Under the pieces are notes generated by a model, which made no database searches, had not been told where the DNA came from, and saw nothing but the letters and a program-made list of their open reading frames with translations. A program made the translations under genes and the position numbers. Of a stretch of 47,505 bases of DNA, positions 27,075-36,100 are shown piece by piece. The stretch is taken from the IMG/VR virus record IMGVR_UViG_2061766007_000262; one strand, given 5' to 3'. The DNA comes from an uncultured virus (IMG/VR IMGVR_UViG_2061766007_000262) (taxonomy: Duplodnaviria > Heunggongvirae > Uroviricota > Caudoviricetes). Numbering within the stretch: position 1 is the stretch's first letter; every line of letters starts with the position of its first letter.

Positions 27075-29223
27075 TTAAACTACCCCCTCTATATAAACTA
27101 TTTCCTATTCCAACTTGTTTTTGTTTTTTAACAATGGTATCGTTTATTTCGTTGCTATCAAGATATACAACAACATTTGTTCCACTACTATTACTATCGT
27201 TCATAGCTTGTAAGACACCTCTATAAATGCCCTCAACAATTTGGTCGTTATTGGCTACTGCTGTTCTGCCACTCATAGTTCCTACAAGTTCTGCCCCACT
27301 TTCTCTTGCAACGAATAATTGTCCGCTATCTACAAAACCACCATTAGCATAGTAATAACCACCACTACTATTTCCAGTTGGTATTTTCCAGTTTTTAAAC
27401 CAATTCATAATTGAATCAGCAATTTTATTTGAACTTAAAGAATTGAGCCAATTATTGAACTTATCTAATAAATCATTAACAAATTGGAAAAACTTATTAT
27501 TTATCAAGTCGCCAACATATTTATAACACGCCTTAATAAAGTCCAAGATTTGATTAAAAATAGGCATTTGAGTTTTCATATTGCTAAATACATCTTTTAC
27601 TAAATTAACTACTTTTCCAATTATGTTAAATATTGTCATAGAACTATCAATAGCATTAGTCCAATATTCTGCTAAAAAATTAATAACTGGTTGTATTTCT
27701 TCTAACCTTTTAACAATTATATCTATTATTGGTTGTAGTATCATTACTATTAAATCAACTACTTTTACAACAAGATTTAATATCGGCTCTAAAATTGGAA
27801 TTAATACTTTAACAACCTTATTTATCATTGTTAATAGTTTATTAATTGACGGCATTAATGCACCAATAAATGACATAGCAAGTTCTGTAATTTCCTTTAT
27901 TGATGTAAATAGATCCTCAACAATTTGTTTTAATTCTTTTGCGGAATTAACTAACTCATTTGAAATGGTTATATCTTCATCAGTATATAATGTATTTTTA
28001 TTTTGAGTTGTATCACTTAAAACATTTAATTCATCAATACCAACAGATTTTAATTGTTCTAAACTTTCTCTATAATCTTCAACGTTTTTTGTTGCTTTTT
28101 TATAGGTTGTATCGCCGTTCATTGAGGCAAAAAATTGTGTTGTAGTATCAGCAAGTTGTAGTAACAAATCTTGTAATTGTGTTATTATTGGCTCAAATGT
28201 AGTTACTAATTCGCCCACAGCAGAGCCAATTTGATTATAAAATTGTGTTGCATTTGATTTGATATTTGAAAATGCTTCGTTTACTCTATCGCTATACATA
28301 ACGATAGACTTAAACCCCTCGCCTAATGCTTTTTGTATAGATGAAATGATTTGTCTTAATACTCTATACATTGTAATACGAAGAATAGATTTGCCTAAAC
28401 GCCCAAGCATTTTATTAAAGCCCTTAACAATTTTGTTGTTAAAAACTTTTGCAACGTCAATTAATTTAACTCGCCACTCGTCTATTTTTTTATTTACGTC
28501 ATTGTTTGGATCAATATCAATGCCCTCACTACCAGCACCTAAACCGCCAACGCCAATATTTGCCCCTTTCAATTCTGGTAAAGGCATTTTTAGAGTATTT
28601 TTAGCAGTAGTGGTTAAAGCGTTTAGCTTTTTTAATGATTCACTTAAACTTTCAACACCGCTTTTGAACTTAACAAGACCGCCCTCGCCGTCATACTCTT
28701 TTAATAGTAAGTCGTTTTTAGTTTTTTCAATGCTAATTTGCAACTGTTCGCTCTTATCTATTAATGATGTATAAACAGCTTGTAAGTTTTGATACTCTTT
28801 TGTTTCAACAATTTTAGGGTTATTTATTTTTAATGTTTCAAGTCTTTTAGCTATTTCTTGTTTATATGAATCTATTGATGATAAAGATTCTTGCAAACCT
28901 TTATCAATGTTTATAAATCTCTGTGCTAAATCTTCTTTATTTAAGTTGCCACCGCTTATAGCTTCGCCAACTTTTTTAACATTAACTTTACCCAATAATT
29001 GCAAATCTTTTACAAAACTTGAAAGACTATTTGATAATTTATCAAGACTTACATTACTTAATTGTTTCAAATTATCTGTAACGACTTTTATTCTTTGTAA
29101 ATCACTTGCAACATTATTTAAGCGTTTCAAAGCGGAGGCAATAGCCCTTAATGATTTTGCCGTATCTTTGGTTTCAACGTATTCAACACCTATTTTTATT
29201 GTTGAGAAATCAGCTTGTGCCAT
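27064..29223 (-). CDS. Tape measure protein
   Basis: 719 aa helical repeats, GIDELN, YANGGF...ARESGAELVG. Confidence 0.9.
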   Translation of the reverse strand: MAQADFSTIKIGVEYVETKDTAKSLRAIASALKRLNNVASDLQRIKVVTDNLKQLSNVSLDKLSNSLSSFVKDLQLLGKVNVKKVGEAISGGNLNKEDLAQRFINIDKGLQESLSSIDSYKQEIAKRLETLKINNPKIVETKEYQNLQAVYTSLIDKSEQLQISIEKTKNDLLLKEYDGEGGLVKFKSGVESLSESLKKLNALTTTAKNTLKMPLPELKGANIGVGGLGAGSEGIDIDPNNDVNKKIDEWRVKLIDVAKVFNNKIVKGFNKMLGRLGKSILRITMYRVLRQIISSIQKALGEGFKSIVMYSDRVNEAFSNIKSNATQFYNQIGSAVGELVTTFEPIITQLQDLLLQLADTTTQFFASMNGDTTYKKATKNVEDYRESLEQLKSVGIDELNVLSDTTQNKNTLYTDEDITISNELVNSAKELKQIVEDLFTSIKEITELAMSFIGALMPSINKLLTMINKVVKVLIPILEPILNLVVKVVDLIVMILQPIIDIIVKRLEEIQPVINFLAEYWTNAIDSSMTIFNIIGKVVNLVKDVFSNMKTQMPIFNQILDFIKACYKYVGDLINNKFFQFVNDLLDKFNNWLNSLSSNKIADSIMNWFKNWKIPTGNSSGGYYYANGGFVDSGQLFVARESGAELVGTMSGRTAVANNDQIVEGIYRGVLQAMNDSNSSGTNVVVYLDSNEINDTIVKKQKQVGIGNSLYRGGSLNGI

Positions 29224-29233
29224 ATTGCCCCCG

Positions 29234-29560
29234 TTAAACGTTTTTATGATTTTTCATAAACTTAATCATTTTTTCTTTAATCTTTTCGCTATTGGCTCTA
29301 TCTTTTTCTTGTTCCCTTTCAATACGCTCTTTTTCACTTAAAACGTATGGCTCACTTGAATATTTGTGAGCTTTTGTCCCCTTTTTAGCAAAAGCGTTAA
29401 GTATAGGGCTAACATCAAGTAGTGCCTCATAAAAATACATACCCTGTAACCACAATTCTTGATTCTTTATCTTGCGTTTAATCTCGTATGCTTCTCTATA
29501 TGCTTTTGTGAGGTATGACTTACCATAAAAGTATTGTTCTTCTGTCATACCAATAGCCAA
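29234..29560 (-). CDS. Tail assembly chaperone, frameshift extension (gpT-like)
   Basis: Frame is open back to the slippery site at 29647-29653. Confidence 0.8.
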   Translation of the reverse strand: MAIGMTEEQYFYGKSYLTKAYREAYEIKRKIKNQELWLQGMYFYEALLDVSPILNAFAKKGTKAHKYSSEPYVLSEKERIEREQEKDRANSEKIKEKMIKFMKNHKNV

Positions 29561-29609
29561 ATAGTAAGAAAAATTATTAAGAATAATCTCTGTATAAGTT
29601 ATATTCTTT

Positions 29610-29653
29610 TGGGAAGCATTATCTAAAATGTCGCTTCCCAGCCCACGTTTCCC
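29610..29653 (-). promoter_or_regulatory. -1 programmed ribosomal frameshift signal
   Basis: G GGA AAC slippery heptamer followed by an 8-bp stem TGGGAAGC/GCTTCCCA. Confidence 0.85.
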
Positions 29654-29946
29654 TCGCTGTCCTCATCAGCTAAAAACTTAATTGGCTCATTATACATTTC
29701 AACTAATTTGCCAAGTAAAGCATTAACATTTTTCATTGTGCTTAATATTTCATCTGTTAATTCTTTTTTAGTGTGAGGTTGATTCATAAGAAACGCACCA
29801 TAGAATAGTAATGAAATACTATTTAATGGTCTTTCGCTCACTTTCGTAATGTCAAAGCCCAATGTTTCAAGTTTCATAACACTTGCTCTATTGAACTCTA
29901 ATGTGTATTCTTTATTATTGTATTCAATAATAATTTGTTTATTCAT
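29623..29946 (-). CDS. Tail assembly chaperone (gpG-like)
   Basis: Y.LEFNR.SV motif; between the MTP and TMP. Confidence 0.8.
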   Translation of the reverse strand: MNKQIIIEYNNKEYTLEFNRASVMKLETLGFDITKVSERPLNSISLLFYGAFLMNQPHTKKELTDEILSTMKNVNALLGKLVEMYNEPIKFLADEDSEGNVGWEATF

Positions 29947-29988
29947 ATCTTTCCCCTACTTATATTTTTATTTGTTTTATTGTTTTAA

Positions 29989-30423
29989 TTATGAAGCTGA
30001 AAATGTGATTACAGTTGTAGGAACTACACTTACAGTCATTTCTCTTACAGCGTTTACGTCGCCACCATTAGCAAATACTGAAACATAGCCCTGAAACTCA
30101 AACTTACCGTCTGCACCTGTTGGGGTAACAACATTATTTTCTTCTGTGCCACCGAAATAAACTGCTAATTGAAGAACTTGATCTTTTAAGCCGTCTATTG
30201 TGTTGAAATCTGTCTTATCATAGTTGCAAGTAAAGTCCATATTATCGCCTGCACCCTCAATGCCCGGAATATATGTTCTTGCTCTATCACTTAATGTTGT
30301 AGTTTCTAATAGTTCTGGACTACCGCCTAAATCTGGGTAATCTTTAATATCAACTAATTTTTGATATGAACTACTACCTGTTGCCTTATACATTAAATAA
30401 GTTTTGTAAGTATTTTGTGCCAT
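29989..30423 (-). CDS. Major tail protein
   Basis: IKDYPDLGGSPELLETTTLSD...YIPG. Confidence 0.9.
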   Translation of the reverse strand: MAQNTYKTYLMYKATGSSSYQKLVDIKDYPDLGGSPELLETTTLSDRARTYIPGIEGAGDNMDFTCNYDKTDFNTIDGLKDQVLQLAVYFGGTEENNVVTPTGADGKFEFQGYVSVFANGGDVNAVREMTVSVVPTTVITFSAS

Positions 30424-30426
30424 TTT

Positions 30427-30831
30427 TTATCTCCTATAAAATGTTAAATTATCATTATCTTTTGGACTTATAGCTTGGTATCTCAATATTAATCTAAATA
30501 CTGAACTCTCGCTAATATATGTTTTAACAATTCTGTTAAAGCCAATTTTACTAAAAGCGGTATCAATGACAGAAGCAATTTGTTTAGCTTCTTCTTTTCT
30601 ACCACTTGCTTTATTTGAATAAATATCTATTTCGTATGTTAGTCGTGCGTAATTTTCATCTTCCGCACTATCAATACCATTTTCGTATAAATAATTATCT
30701 TCTTCTACAATAGAAACGTGAGGAAATGATGACGGTGTATTGCTATACTCACTTGATTTAGATATTATTCCGTAATTATTATCAATAAAATTACTAATAT
30801 ATGTATAAACTCTATTTTCAACGTCTATCAT
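30427..30831 (-). CDS. Tail terminator
   Basis: FPHVSIVE...YEIDIYS...GF.R. Confidence 0.75.
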   Translation of the reverse strand: MIDVENRVYTYISNFIDNNYGIISKSSEYSNTPSSFPHVSIVEEDNYLYENGIDSAEDENYARLTYEIDIYSNKASGRKEEAKQIASVIDTAFSKIGFNRIVKTYISESSVFRLILRYQAISPKDNDNLTFYRR

Positions 30832-30833
30832 AT

Positions 30834-31364
30834 TTACCTCTTACTAAATGAATCAATTATATGGTTATAAGCACTTAACATAGCTTTTGCACTTTCATTA
30901 CCCTTTGTTCTATAAACATTTTTGCCGTTCTTTTTTGTAATTATATAGTGAGTTCCCTTACTTGATACATTATCAAATGATGTAAAAGCCCAAGATTCAT
31001 TACTACCTTTACCGTCGCCGTATGTTCCTCTAATGAATATAGGGCTGTTTTTTGTTCTTGGGTATGATACACCATAATTGGTATCTTCATAATTAATACC
31101 AGTTCCAAACTCAATAAACAAAACGCTTCTACCCTCTGCTCTAAATGTTAATTCGTTAGATTCCCACATTGGTTTACTAACAATTACATCTTTTGTTCCT
31201 GCATAATCGCTTTGTGTAAAGATATTTCTTGCAATATTACTTGCTTCATTAACTGTATTCTCTATTTGTTTTTTGCACTCTCTATTAACATTTTTGTTAG
31301 TGTTGTTTTTTAAACTATCAATTAATTTAATTGTTTTATCAATTCCACTAATATTAATTTTCAT
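30834..31364 (-). CDS. HK97 gp10-like neck protein
   Basis: FIEFGTG motif. Confidence 0.7.
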   Translation of the reverse strand: MKINISGIDKTIKLIDSLKNNTNKNVNRECKKQIENTVNEASNIARNIFTQSDYAGTKDVIVSKPMWESNELTFRAEGRSVLFIEFGTGINYEDTNYGVSYPRTKNSPIFIRGTYGDGKGSNESWAFTSFDNVSSKGTHYIITKKNGKNVYRTKGNESAKAMLSAYNHIIDSFSKR

Positions 31365-31740
31365 CAGTTCTAACCTTTTTAACTAAAATGACTAAAACAT
31401 TAAGAGATTTTGCAATTTTTGAAACAATATAATCTTTATTTGATAATGTTTCATTAGTTGAATCATAAATTGGGTCTTTGTCTATAAAAAACATTGTATT
31501 TTCATCTACGCTTAAATTAACATCATCAATAGTAATAACTTTGTCATAGTCTTGGGCTACCCCAAACATTTCCATAAAGTCTTGCCCTTTATTTGCACTA
31601 ATTGGGGCTTTATATGATACTGGGGCATTGTATGTAATTACATACTCGCCTGTTGAATAGTTATTGCTATCTCTTAATTCAGTTTTTGCTTTATAAGTCA
31701 AATACTTAAATGATGACTTATTTCTTGACATACTTTTCAT
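31354..31740 (-). CDS. Head closure protein
   Basis: Synteny; DYIV.KIAKSLN. Confidence 0.7.
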   Translation of the reverse strand: MKSMSRNKSSFKYLTYKAKTELRDSNNYSTGEYVITYNAPVSYKAPISANKGQDFMEMFGVAQDYDKVITIDDVNLSVDENTMFFIDKDPIYDSTNETLSNKDYIVSKIAKSLNVLVILVKKVRTDEN

Positions 31741-32060
31741 TAGCCCATTATTTTTGCAAATGGCGTAATGTTAGCTATCATTGATTCTGGAACACCTGCA
31801 CTTTCATAAGTTCTTGATACCCCATTTTCATTGTGTGCTTTTTCGCCCTCTGCACCCCTTTTATTGAGTAAGTAAATTGTGATGTCAATTTCATTTTGAA
31901 CGTAAATGCTTGGAACTGCGTCTATTGGTCTTTCGCCAAATGGGAATAACCTATTTAATATGATGTCATCTGCTAAATCAAGATAGGCAGATACAACGCT
32001 ATCATCAACGTCATAATCTAACATACTTGATATAATAGTTATTTTTTTGTCAGTCGTCAT
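31740..32060 (-). CDS. Head-tail connector
   Basis: NKRGAEGE..H.ENGVSRTY. Confidence 0.85.
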   Translation of the reverse strand: MTTDKKITIISSMLDYDVDDSVVSAYLDLADDIILNRLFPFGERPIDAVPSIYVQNEIDITIYLLNKRGAEGEKAHNENGVSRTYESAGVPESMIANITPFAKIMG

Positions 32061-32083
32061 ATCTGCCTACCTCGTTTTTAAAA

Positions 32084-32980
32084 TTATGATTGTCCTTGTT
32101 GAGCTACTGTTTCGCTAATTACAGCGATACCATTTAAGTATTCAGCGAATAATACTACGCCAAGAATTGCATACATTTCACTAACGAAATGAGAATATTT
32201 AGCTTCTGTATGAACGCCAATTAAACCTAATTCATCAGTTGTGAACTCAAAACCAGCTCTTGCGAAATCGCTGTCGTTAGGGTTTACATAATACATATTT
32301 AAGTTTTCTGCACTTGTGCAAATAACTTTTCCTGAAGCAAGTTCATTGTCGCTTAATAGGAAGATTACATCATAACCCATAAAGTTTACAATGTAGTTTA
32401 AGCCAAATTGATTTTGAACTGTAATGTTAGCACTACCTACATAGTCATAGAAATCTTTAACATTAACAAAACCAACCCAACGTGAAGCGTCAAGATTAGC
32501 ACTCTTGAAGAAATTAACTGCTAAACCTTTTGCTTTTGCTAATTTAGCTTGGAAACCAGTTGCTGTTCCTGTTAAATTACCAGTTGCAAGATAAGTATAG
32601 AAAGCACTTTGAATATTGCCTGCTAACTTGTTAATAAATGCTTGGTCGCTCTTTGCTACTGCTACATCATAACCATATTTAGAAACCATTTCGCCAGTAA
32701 TTCCTTTTGCATACTTTTGAATAGTAATTGCACCATAAGGAACTTCTGTATATGCTACTGCACTGTATGGAATCTCGTCGCCCTCTGCTGGACTTGTTCC
32801 AAGTGTAATAGTTGCTACTTTACTAACTAATTGTGTTCCAGCTTGTTTTCTAATAGGTCTTGCAATACCCATTAAATCTCTTAATGCTTGTAATCTAAAA
32901 TTGAATTGTGATACGAAATCAATTTCTCTTACAGATAATGTTTGTCCTGTTGTTACAACAGTATTTGTCTTAACTGTCAT
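32084..32980 (-). CDS. Major capsid protein
   Basis: 298 aa, AEGDEIP...KYAK, position after the scaffold. Confidence 0.9.
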   Translation of the reverse strand: MTVKTNTVVTTGQTLSVREIDFVSQFNFRLQALRDLMGIARPIRKQAGTQLVSKVATITLGTSPAEGDEIPYSAVAYTEVPYGAITIQKYAKGITGEMVSKYGYDVAVAKSDQAFINKLAGNIQSAFYTYLATGNLTGTATGFQAKLAKAKGLAVNFFKSANLDASRWVGFVNVKDFYDYVGSANITVQNQFGLNYIVNFMGYDVIFLLSDNELASGKVICTSAENLNMYYVNPNDSDFARAGFEFTTDELGLIGVHTEAKYSHFVSEMYAILGVVLFAEYLNGIAVISETVAQQGQS

Positions 32981-33009
32981 TTTTCTTTTCCTCTCTTTTT
33001 ATATGTTTT

Positions 33010-33588
33010 TTAATTTGTAAATAATTCAATGTTTTCGGCTATTTTTTCTTGCCTTTCTGTTGGATCTTTGATTTTCAAAATGTCCTCTTTGGTTAAGGTC
33101 TTACCACTACCATTGAAGCCACCAGGTCTTGGGGCATTTTTAACTAATTCAGCTTGTATTTCTTTTGTTCTATCATCATTAAACTTTTTAACTTTATTAA
33201 AGAATAATGTTTTGTCGTTAGAATCAATATCATACTTACTAAATAATTCTGCCAACTCTTTTGATAGTTCATCACTATAACCAGCACTCTTGAAAGCTAT
33301 TGTATCGTTCGCAACGTTTCTTTCGTGAAGAAGCTCATTGTATTTTCTATTTAATTCTTCTTCTTGTAATTTTCTCTCTTGTTCTTTTAATTCTTCTTCA
33401 CTCAATTTTGAATTATACTTTTTTTTCAAGTCTGCTAATTCACTTGATGTCTTATCAAAGCTACCTTTTAACTTTGAGTTTTCTTCTTGAAAATCATCAT
33501 ACTCATAGTCTTGAATAGCTTTTAACTTATCTTCTACTGATAAGTTTTCCCAGTTTTCAATTTTGCTAAAATCAATTTTCCTTTTCAT
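33010..33588 (-). CDS. Capsid scaffolding protein
   Basis: Coiled coil, C-terminal LTKEDILKIKD..ERQ.KI. Confidence 0.8.
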   Translation of the reverse strand: MKRKIDFSKIENWENLSVEDKLKAIQDYEYDDFQEENSKLKGSFDKTSSELADLKKKYNSKLSEEELKEQERKLQEEELNRKYNELLHERNVANDTIAFKSAGYSDELSKELAELFSKYDIDSNDKTLFFNKVKKFNDDRTKEIQAELVKNAPRPGGFNGSGKTLTKEDILKIKDPTERQEKIAENIELFTN

Positions 33589-33597
33589 ACTTTCTCC

Positions 33598-33686
33598 TGC
33601 GTTTTTTAGTGTTCTCTCACATACTTTATTTTTTGCGTTTTAATGAGTTCTCTCTCTTTTTGCGTTTTAGTGTGTTCTCTCACATA
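33598..33686 (-). repeat. Three tandem AGAGAA-loop hairpin + AAAACGCA units in the scaffold 5' UTR
   Basis: Units at 33598-33623, 33634-33656 and 33661-33686. Confidence 0.8.
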
Positions 33687-33709
33687 TAAACTCGCTCTAA
33701 TGAGCGTTT

Positions 33710-34294
33710 TTATTCATTAGAATAAACTAATATGCAACGACAATTTGCGTTATTTTGTGCTAACTTGAAACCACCCGGAAATAACGCACTATCGCCGTCA
33801 AATGTAACAAACTCGGCGTATAAATCTACACTCATACCCTCTAAATAAGCGTGGGTATCTCTAACCTTATCATCTGCCATTGTTACCCATACTTTTTTCA
33901 TACCAATTCCGTATTCATCATTGATAAGTGAAGCACTATCATAAGCACCCTCGTTGTATGCTCTATGTAATTCGCTTTCAATAAGTCTTTTTAAGTCATT
34001 GGCGTTTTCATTTGTTACATAATTGATTAACTTTTCTCTAACACTTTCTACTTTTTCTGTGCCAGTTTCTTTGTCTATCTCTTTATAAGACCAATTCAAG
34101 ACTTTTTCTTTGTAATCTTTTGGTATATCTACCTCTATATCAAATGTAAAAACATTAGATATAAAGCCCTCAATATATGCGTCAAGTAAAAAGTCCTCTA
34201 ATTCTTTAATTTCTTTCTTTTCTTTACCTAATAAGACATTTAACTCATCAAACTTATTGAGGTATCTCTCTATTATTTGATTCGTCATCTTCAT
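33710..34294 (-). CDS. Minor head protein (SPP1 gp7 / Mu F-like)
   Basis: KVWVTMADDKVRDTH...NCRC. Confidence 0.85.
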   Translation of the reverse strand: MKMTNQIIERYLNKFDELNVLLGKEKKEIKELEDFLLDAYIEGFISNVFTFDIEVDIPKDYKEKVLNWSYKEIDKETGTEKVESVREKLINYVTNENANDLKRLIESELHRAYNEGAYDSASLINDEYGIGMKKVWVTMADDKVRDTHAYLEGMSVDLYAEFVTFDGDSALFPGGFKLAQNNANCRCILVYSNE

Positions 34295-35654
34295 TTACCT
34301 TATTTTCATTAAGCCATTGAATACCATTTACATACGCTAACTCGCTGTCTGTAAATAAACCAGATACATTGTAAGCGTCTTTTGGGTTTACAAGAGGGTT
34401 ATTAAGTAGTAAGTTAAGCACTTGTGCTTTTGTATATACATCTTCATAACATCTTCTTGTGAATCTATAATCAACATCAAGTAAAGATAAGTTCAAACTC
34501 ATATTTAATTTGTCTAATAGATTCAAAATGAACTTTAATGTTTTTGTTTCGCTTTCTTTGAATATAATCTCTCTATCTTTGGCTCTTGCTTCTGCACCCT
34601 GCCAACCATTTTTGAGAATTACAGCACCATTATTAGATGAATCGCTTGTATTTCCGTTTGCTTGGCTTGGTAAACCAACAATTTTATCTATTGAATAGTT
34701 GATATAATCAACTAATGTTTGTGTTTGTTGTTGATTTAATTCTTGGCTTAATACTTTGAAATCTGCTTTGTTTTCGCCAATAGATTTAAGAACTAATAAA
34801 CCTGCTTGTTTAATATCATCTGCGGTAGTTCCGTCTGGGAAATCACAGTTTACAGCTATTGCTAAACTTTGTATAAATTGTTCTATGCCGTCCACTCTAT
34901 TACTTGTAACATTATTTAATGCGTCAAGTAATGGTAATACTACCTCAAATGCACCAAGTCTATAAGGGTTAGCTGGGTATTCAATAATAGGAATCTCGCC
35001 ATAAGGGTTAGCTAATGCTTCTACCACTTGATTATCAACAATGTAAAAATATTGAGTTTTAGTATAAACAGAGTAAACATTATTCCCATTTTCGTCAGTT
35101 CCTAAATACACACCAGCAATAGCTTTTTTTGATATATCGTTCCCATAAATTACAAACGCATTTTTTGGATCAAGCGTTAATAATTCAAATGGAACGTCCT
35201 CATTTTCAAGCTGTAAATCTTTATCAGCAAGAATCATACGGTAACCAGTTCCGCAAATCTCTTGCCACTCAACTATTGCTCTATCTTTTGCTGACTTGCT
35301 TTCAGCGTTCATCATCTTATTTAATCTTGCTACTGGCTCACTCGCTCTTGGCTCATTAGCCACATATTGAATTGGCTCGCCCAATAAATAACCAACCTTA
35401 AAATTAACAATTTCATAAGCTCTATTTTCATTAATCTTATTGTTGATATGCTTTGAGTAAGTTTTTTCTCTTTTTTGAATAGGGGTTTTGCCTTTATAAT
35501 AATCTTCCAAATACTTAATGTCATTTACGTTTTGATTATGCTTTGATAATGCAGATGACAAAACATCACAAACGTTCTCATTTGTGATTTCTAAAATGTT
35601 GCTATAAATGACAGTTCTACCGTATAATTCTTTTGCCATATTTTCCTCTAACAA
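34254..35654 (-). CDS. Portal protein, SPP1 family
   Basis: YY.GK, GYLLGEPI, IPIIEYP, LLDALN motifs. Confidence 0.9.
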   Translation of the reverse strand: MLEENMAKELYGRTVIYSNILEITNENVCDVLSSALSKHNQNVNDIKYLEDYYKGKTPIQKREKTYSKHINNKINENRAYEIVNFKVGYLLGEPIQYVANEPRASEPVARLNKMMNAESKSAKDRAIVEWQEICGTGYRMILADKDLQLENEDVPFELLTLDPKNAFVIYGNDISKKAIAGVYLGTDENGNNVYSVYTKTQYFYIVDNQVVEALANPYGEIPIIEYPANPYRLGAFEVVLPLLDALNNVTSNRVDGIEQFIQSLAIAVNCDFPDGTTADDIKQAGLLVLKSIGENKADFKVLSQELNQQQTQTLVDYINYSIDKIVGLPSQANGNTSDSSNNGAVILKNGWQGAEARAKDREIIFKESETKTLKFILNLLDKLNMSLNLSLLDVDYRFTRRCYEDVYTKAQVLNLLLNNPLVNPKDAYNVSGLFTDSELAYVNGIQWLNENKVNEDDESNNREIPQ

Positions 35655-35696
35655 AAATAAAAAGGCGTTTCAAAAACTGAAACACCCTACTTTGTG
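35653..35696 (-). terminator. Terminator upstream of the portal, preceded by CACAAAGTAGGGTGT
   Basis: GGTGTTTCA/TGAAACGCC stem plus T-tract. Confidence 0.7.
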
Positions 35697-35711
35697 TTAA
35701 TGTTGTCGCAC

Positions 35712-35873
35712 CTACTTATTGCGTTTTTTGGTTTTTACTTTTCTTTCTATTTCAACAACAACTAAATTAGGCGTTGATGTTCTACTTTCGTTTTTAATTT
35801 CAGCAACACCACCATTGTTTAGTATGCTGTTTATTATTTCAATTATCTCTTTCTCGTCTTTAATATCTATCAT
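35712..35873 (-). CDS. 53-aa basic-tailed protein (MIDIKDEKE...VVVEIERKVKTKKRNK)
   Basis: Own translation; co-oriented between TerL and the portal. Confidence 0.65.
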   Translation of the reverse strand: MIDIKDEKEIIEIINSILNNGGVAEIKNESRTSTPNLVVVEIERKVKTKKRNK

Positions 35874-36100
35874 ATTACACACTCACATACTAAAATATGT
35901 TTTCTTTTCAAAAGAGAAACATATAAAAGAACTTTCGCCTAATTTCCAGAGGTTAATTGGTTAAATGAGGCATATAAAGGAATATTTGATGACAACGGAA
36001 ACTCTTATACCGTTTAATCAATTCAATTTTATTTAAAATTATTTTAATAAGTCAATAAATGTTGCTTAAATATTTTTTTATGTGTAAAAATTATCTCTTT

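Noticed and set aside
27581..30088. Plus-strand ORFs opposite the TMP and tail genes (and similar shadows elsewhere, e.g. 35719..35964)
   Set aside because: Antisense shadows of well-supported genes, with no RBS or motifs.
33598..33686. Mini CRISPR array
   Set aside because: The spacers are only 4-10 nt and the repeats are degenerate.
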